Shown: positions 62,635 through 64,000 of the stretch, piece by piece
Numbering within the stretch: the stretch's first letter is position 1
Layout: every line of letters begins with the position of its first letter
DNA from: an archaeon
Lineage (GTDB): Archaea; B1Sed10-29; WALL01; JAGHAM01
Assembly: GCA_021107635.1 (NCBI GenBank)
Contig: JAIOSL010000038.1
Span: forward strand, 3,512-67,511
DNA length: 64,000 nucleotides
Direction of reading: 5' to 3'
Notes under the pieces: generated by a model
Told to the model about the DNA's origin: nothing
The model's database searches: none
The model's input: the letters and a program-made list of their open reading frames with translations, nothing else
Position numbers and translations under genes: made by a program

Positions 62635-64000
62635 TTATGGCGTGTACTCATAAAAATCTGCGTAAAAACCTTGAGCCCAAGGATTGTTTGACTCGACTCG
62701 CTCAACGAACGTGAAGTGCTCGCTTGAGTTTAAGAACGAGAGATTAGGATGCATATTTCCTTCAGGTTTGTGACCATAATAAGCAAACCAGCCCGTGTGG
62801 GGCATAAATTTGTCCAAGTCAGTGTAAATTCTTTCTTCGTAAGGCATGATTGGAATTGTTTTCTTTTGGCTGTAATAAGCTAAAGCCGCATAATCATAGT
62901 TGGAGTAGAGCACATAGCCTTCCGGCAAGTTTTCTTTCGCGTATAATCCTGCTACGGACGTGGTAGGGTCTCCCCACAAGGTGTAAATCCAGCTGGGAGT
63001 GGCAAAAAGAGTGTAAAAAACAGAAAGTAATAGTATTAAAACTATAAGAACGCCTTTCCAGTTGCGAGAAAGGAAAGAAGAGAAACCCTTGGAAGCGATT
63101 AAGACTAACGGTATGGAAACAGGGATGACATACCTAACTTCCTTGTGGGATATGAGAGTCATCCCAGCCAAGAAAACAAGAGCCATAGCAAGCAGAGCCA
63201 GAGTGCTTTTATGGACTTTCCTGGCTAGAGCATATAGTGTCAATCCAATTAGAGTCACGAAACCGCAAACCGTGAAAGCAGCTAGGATGTAGTAGAATGG
63301 ATTCAAAAGAGGGGTGTGGTTGACAGCATTTGTGGCAGATATAAACGGGAGAGCAAAAAAACCGAGAGTGAGCTGAGCCCACACAAAATACGGAAAAAGT
63401 GTTGCGAAAAAACCTTTTAGGACATTGATGAGTATCTTCTTGTCAATCTTTTTGAAGTAAAAGAAAATGAGGAACGTTGGAAGAATTATCAAAGAATTGA
63501 ACCTCATTAAAACAGCTAAAGCTCCAAAAAAACCTGCCAGGAAAGCCATTTTTTCGTTATTCTTAACAAGGAAGTATAAAGAAATTATCAAAAGAGTGAC
63601 AGCGGGAAAACCTGTGAGGATGAAATCTGAGAGCGTTATCAAATAATGAGAGAATGCCAGGATGAACGCCGCTATCAAACCTGTCACATCATCGTAAAGC
63701 TCTCTTCCCAGTAAGTATATGAATGGTATTGCAAGAGAAGAGATAAATGAAACAACCATTAATGCCATGAAAGGATCGTCCCAGAAAGGGGCTATTAGGA
63801 AAGAGATAAGAGGAGGACGGTAACTAAATTCGTTGTAGACATCCTGTCCAGTCCATAGAAGCTCTGCATTCAACAAGTAGACATACTCATCCCAAAAGTG
63901 GTTGTGCTGCCAAGACTCATTCTCGTTTAAAGGAGGAGCTCTGAGCAGAAAGCCTGACAAGAAAAGGAAAGCAATAGCTAGGAATAACAAATGCTTTCTC
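62635..64000 (-). CDS. GT-C-fold glycosyltransferase (ArnT/PMT_2-like), 5' end probably beyond the window
   Basis: At least 451 aa, many TM helices; early loop motif DEYVY; frame stays open to nt 63999 upstream of the TTG at 63990. Confidence 0.5.
   Translation of the reverse strand, partial: RKHLLFLAIAFLFLSGFLLRAPPLNENESWQHNHFWDEYVYLLNAELLWTGQDVYNEFSYRPPLISFLIAPFWDDPFMALMVVSFISSLAIPFIYLLGRELYDDVTGLIAAFILAFSHYLITLSDFILTGFPAVTLLIISLYFLVKNNEKMAFLAGFFGALAVLMRFNSLIILPTFLIFFYFKKIDKKILINVLKGFFATLFPYFVWAQLTLGFFALPFISATNAVNHTPLLNPFYYILAAFTVCGFVTLIGLTLYALARKVHKSTLALLAMALVFLAGMTLISHKEVRYVIPVSIPLVLIASKGFSSFLSRNWKGVLIVLILLLSVFYTLFATPSWIYTLWGDPTTSVAGLYAKENLPEGYVLYSNYDYAALAYYSQKKTIPIMPYEERIYTDLDKFMPHTGWFAYYGHKPEGNMHPNLSFLNSSEHFTFVERVESNNPWAQGFYADFYEYTP

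Overview
AT-rich archaeal genomic window. Archaeal hallmarks are a replicative family-B DNA polymerase, deoxyhypusine synthase, type-2 methionine aminopeptidase, an intron-containing tRNA-Arg, and TATA-box/leaderless starts alongside GGAGG-type SD sites. Nt 2 to about 52.7 kb is dominated by a cell-surface supercluster. It holds three type-IV-filament modules (FlaI/PilB-like ATPase plus T2SSF-like platform); one ATPase carries an N-terminal 16-Cys ferredoxin-like domain. It also holds 10-11 class-III-signal pilin-like genes, an exosortase/archaeosortase-like gene and six giant or cysteine-rich exported proteins (578-2877 aa). Two of these are paralogues with a shared N-terminal anchor module, and one ends in thrombospondin type-3 repeats. 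A tandem array of eight small membrane-protein genes follows; four of them form an apparently new family (2 TM + P-A/V-G-G + NP-x-W motifs). The right-hand 11 kb is mostly housekeeping: a HerA-like protein with degenerate P-loop flanked by coiled-coil proteins, polB, a RelE/RHH pair, map, tRNA-Arg, pyrBI and a GT-C glycosyltransferase. No rRNA, CRISPR array, transposase or integrase was recognised. All domain calls come from motif recognition by eye, not from searches. The lineage guess (DPANN-like episymbiont) is inference only.
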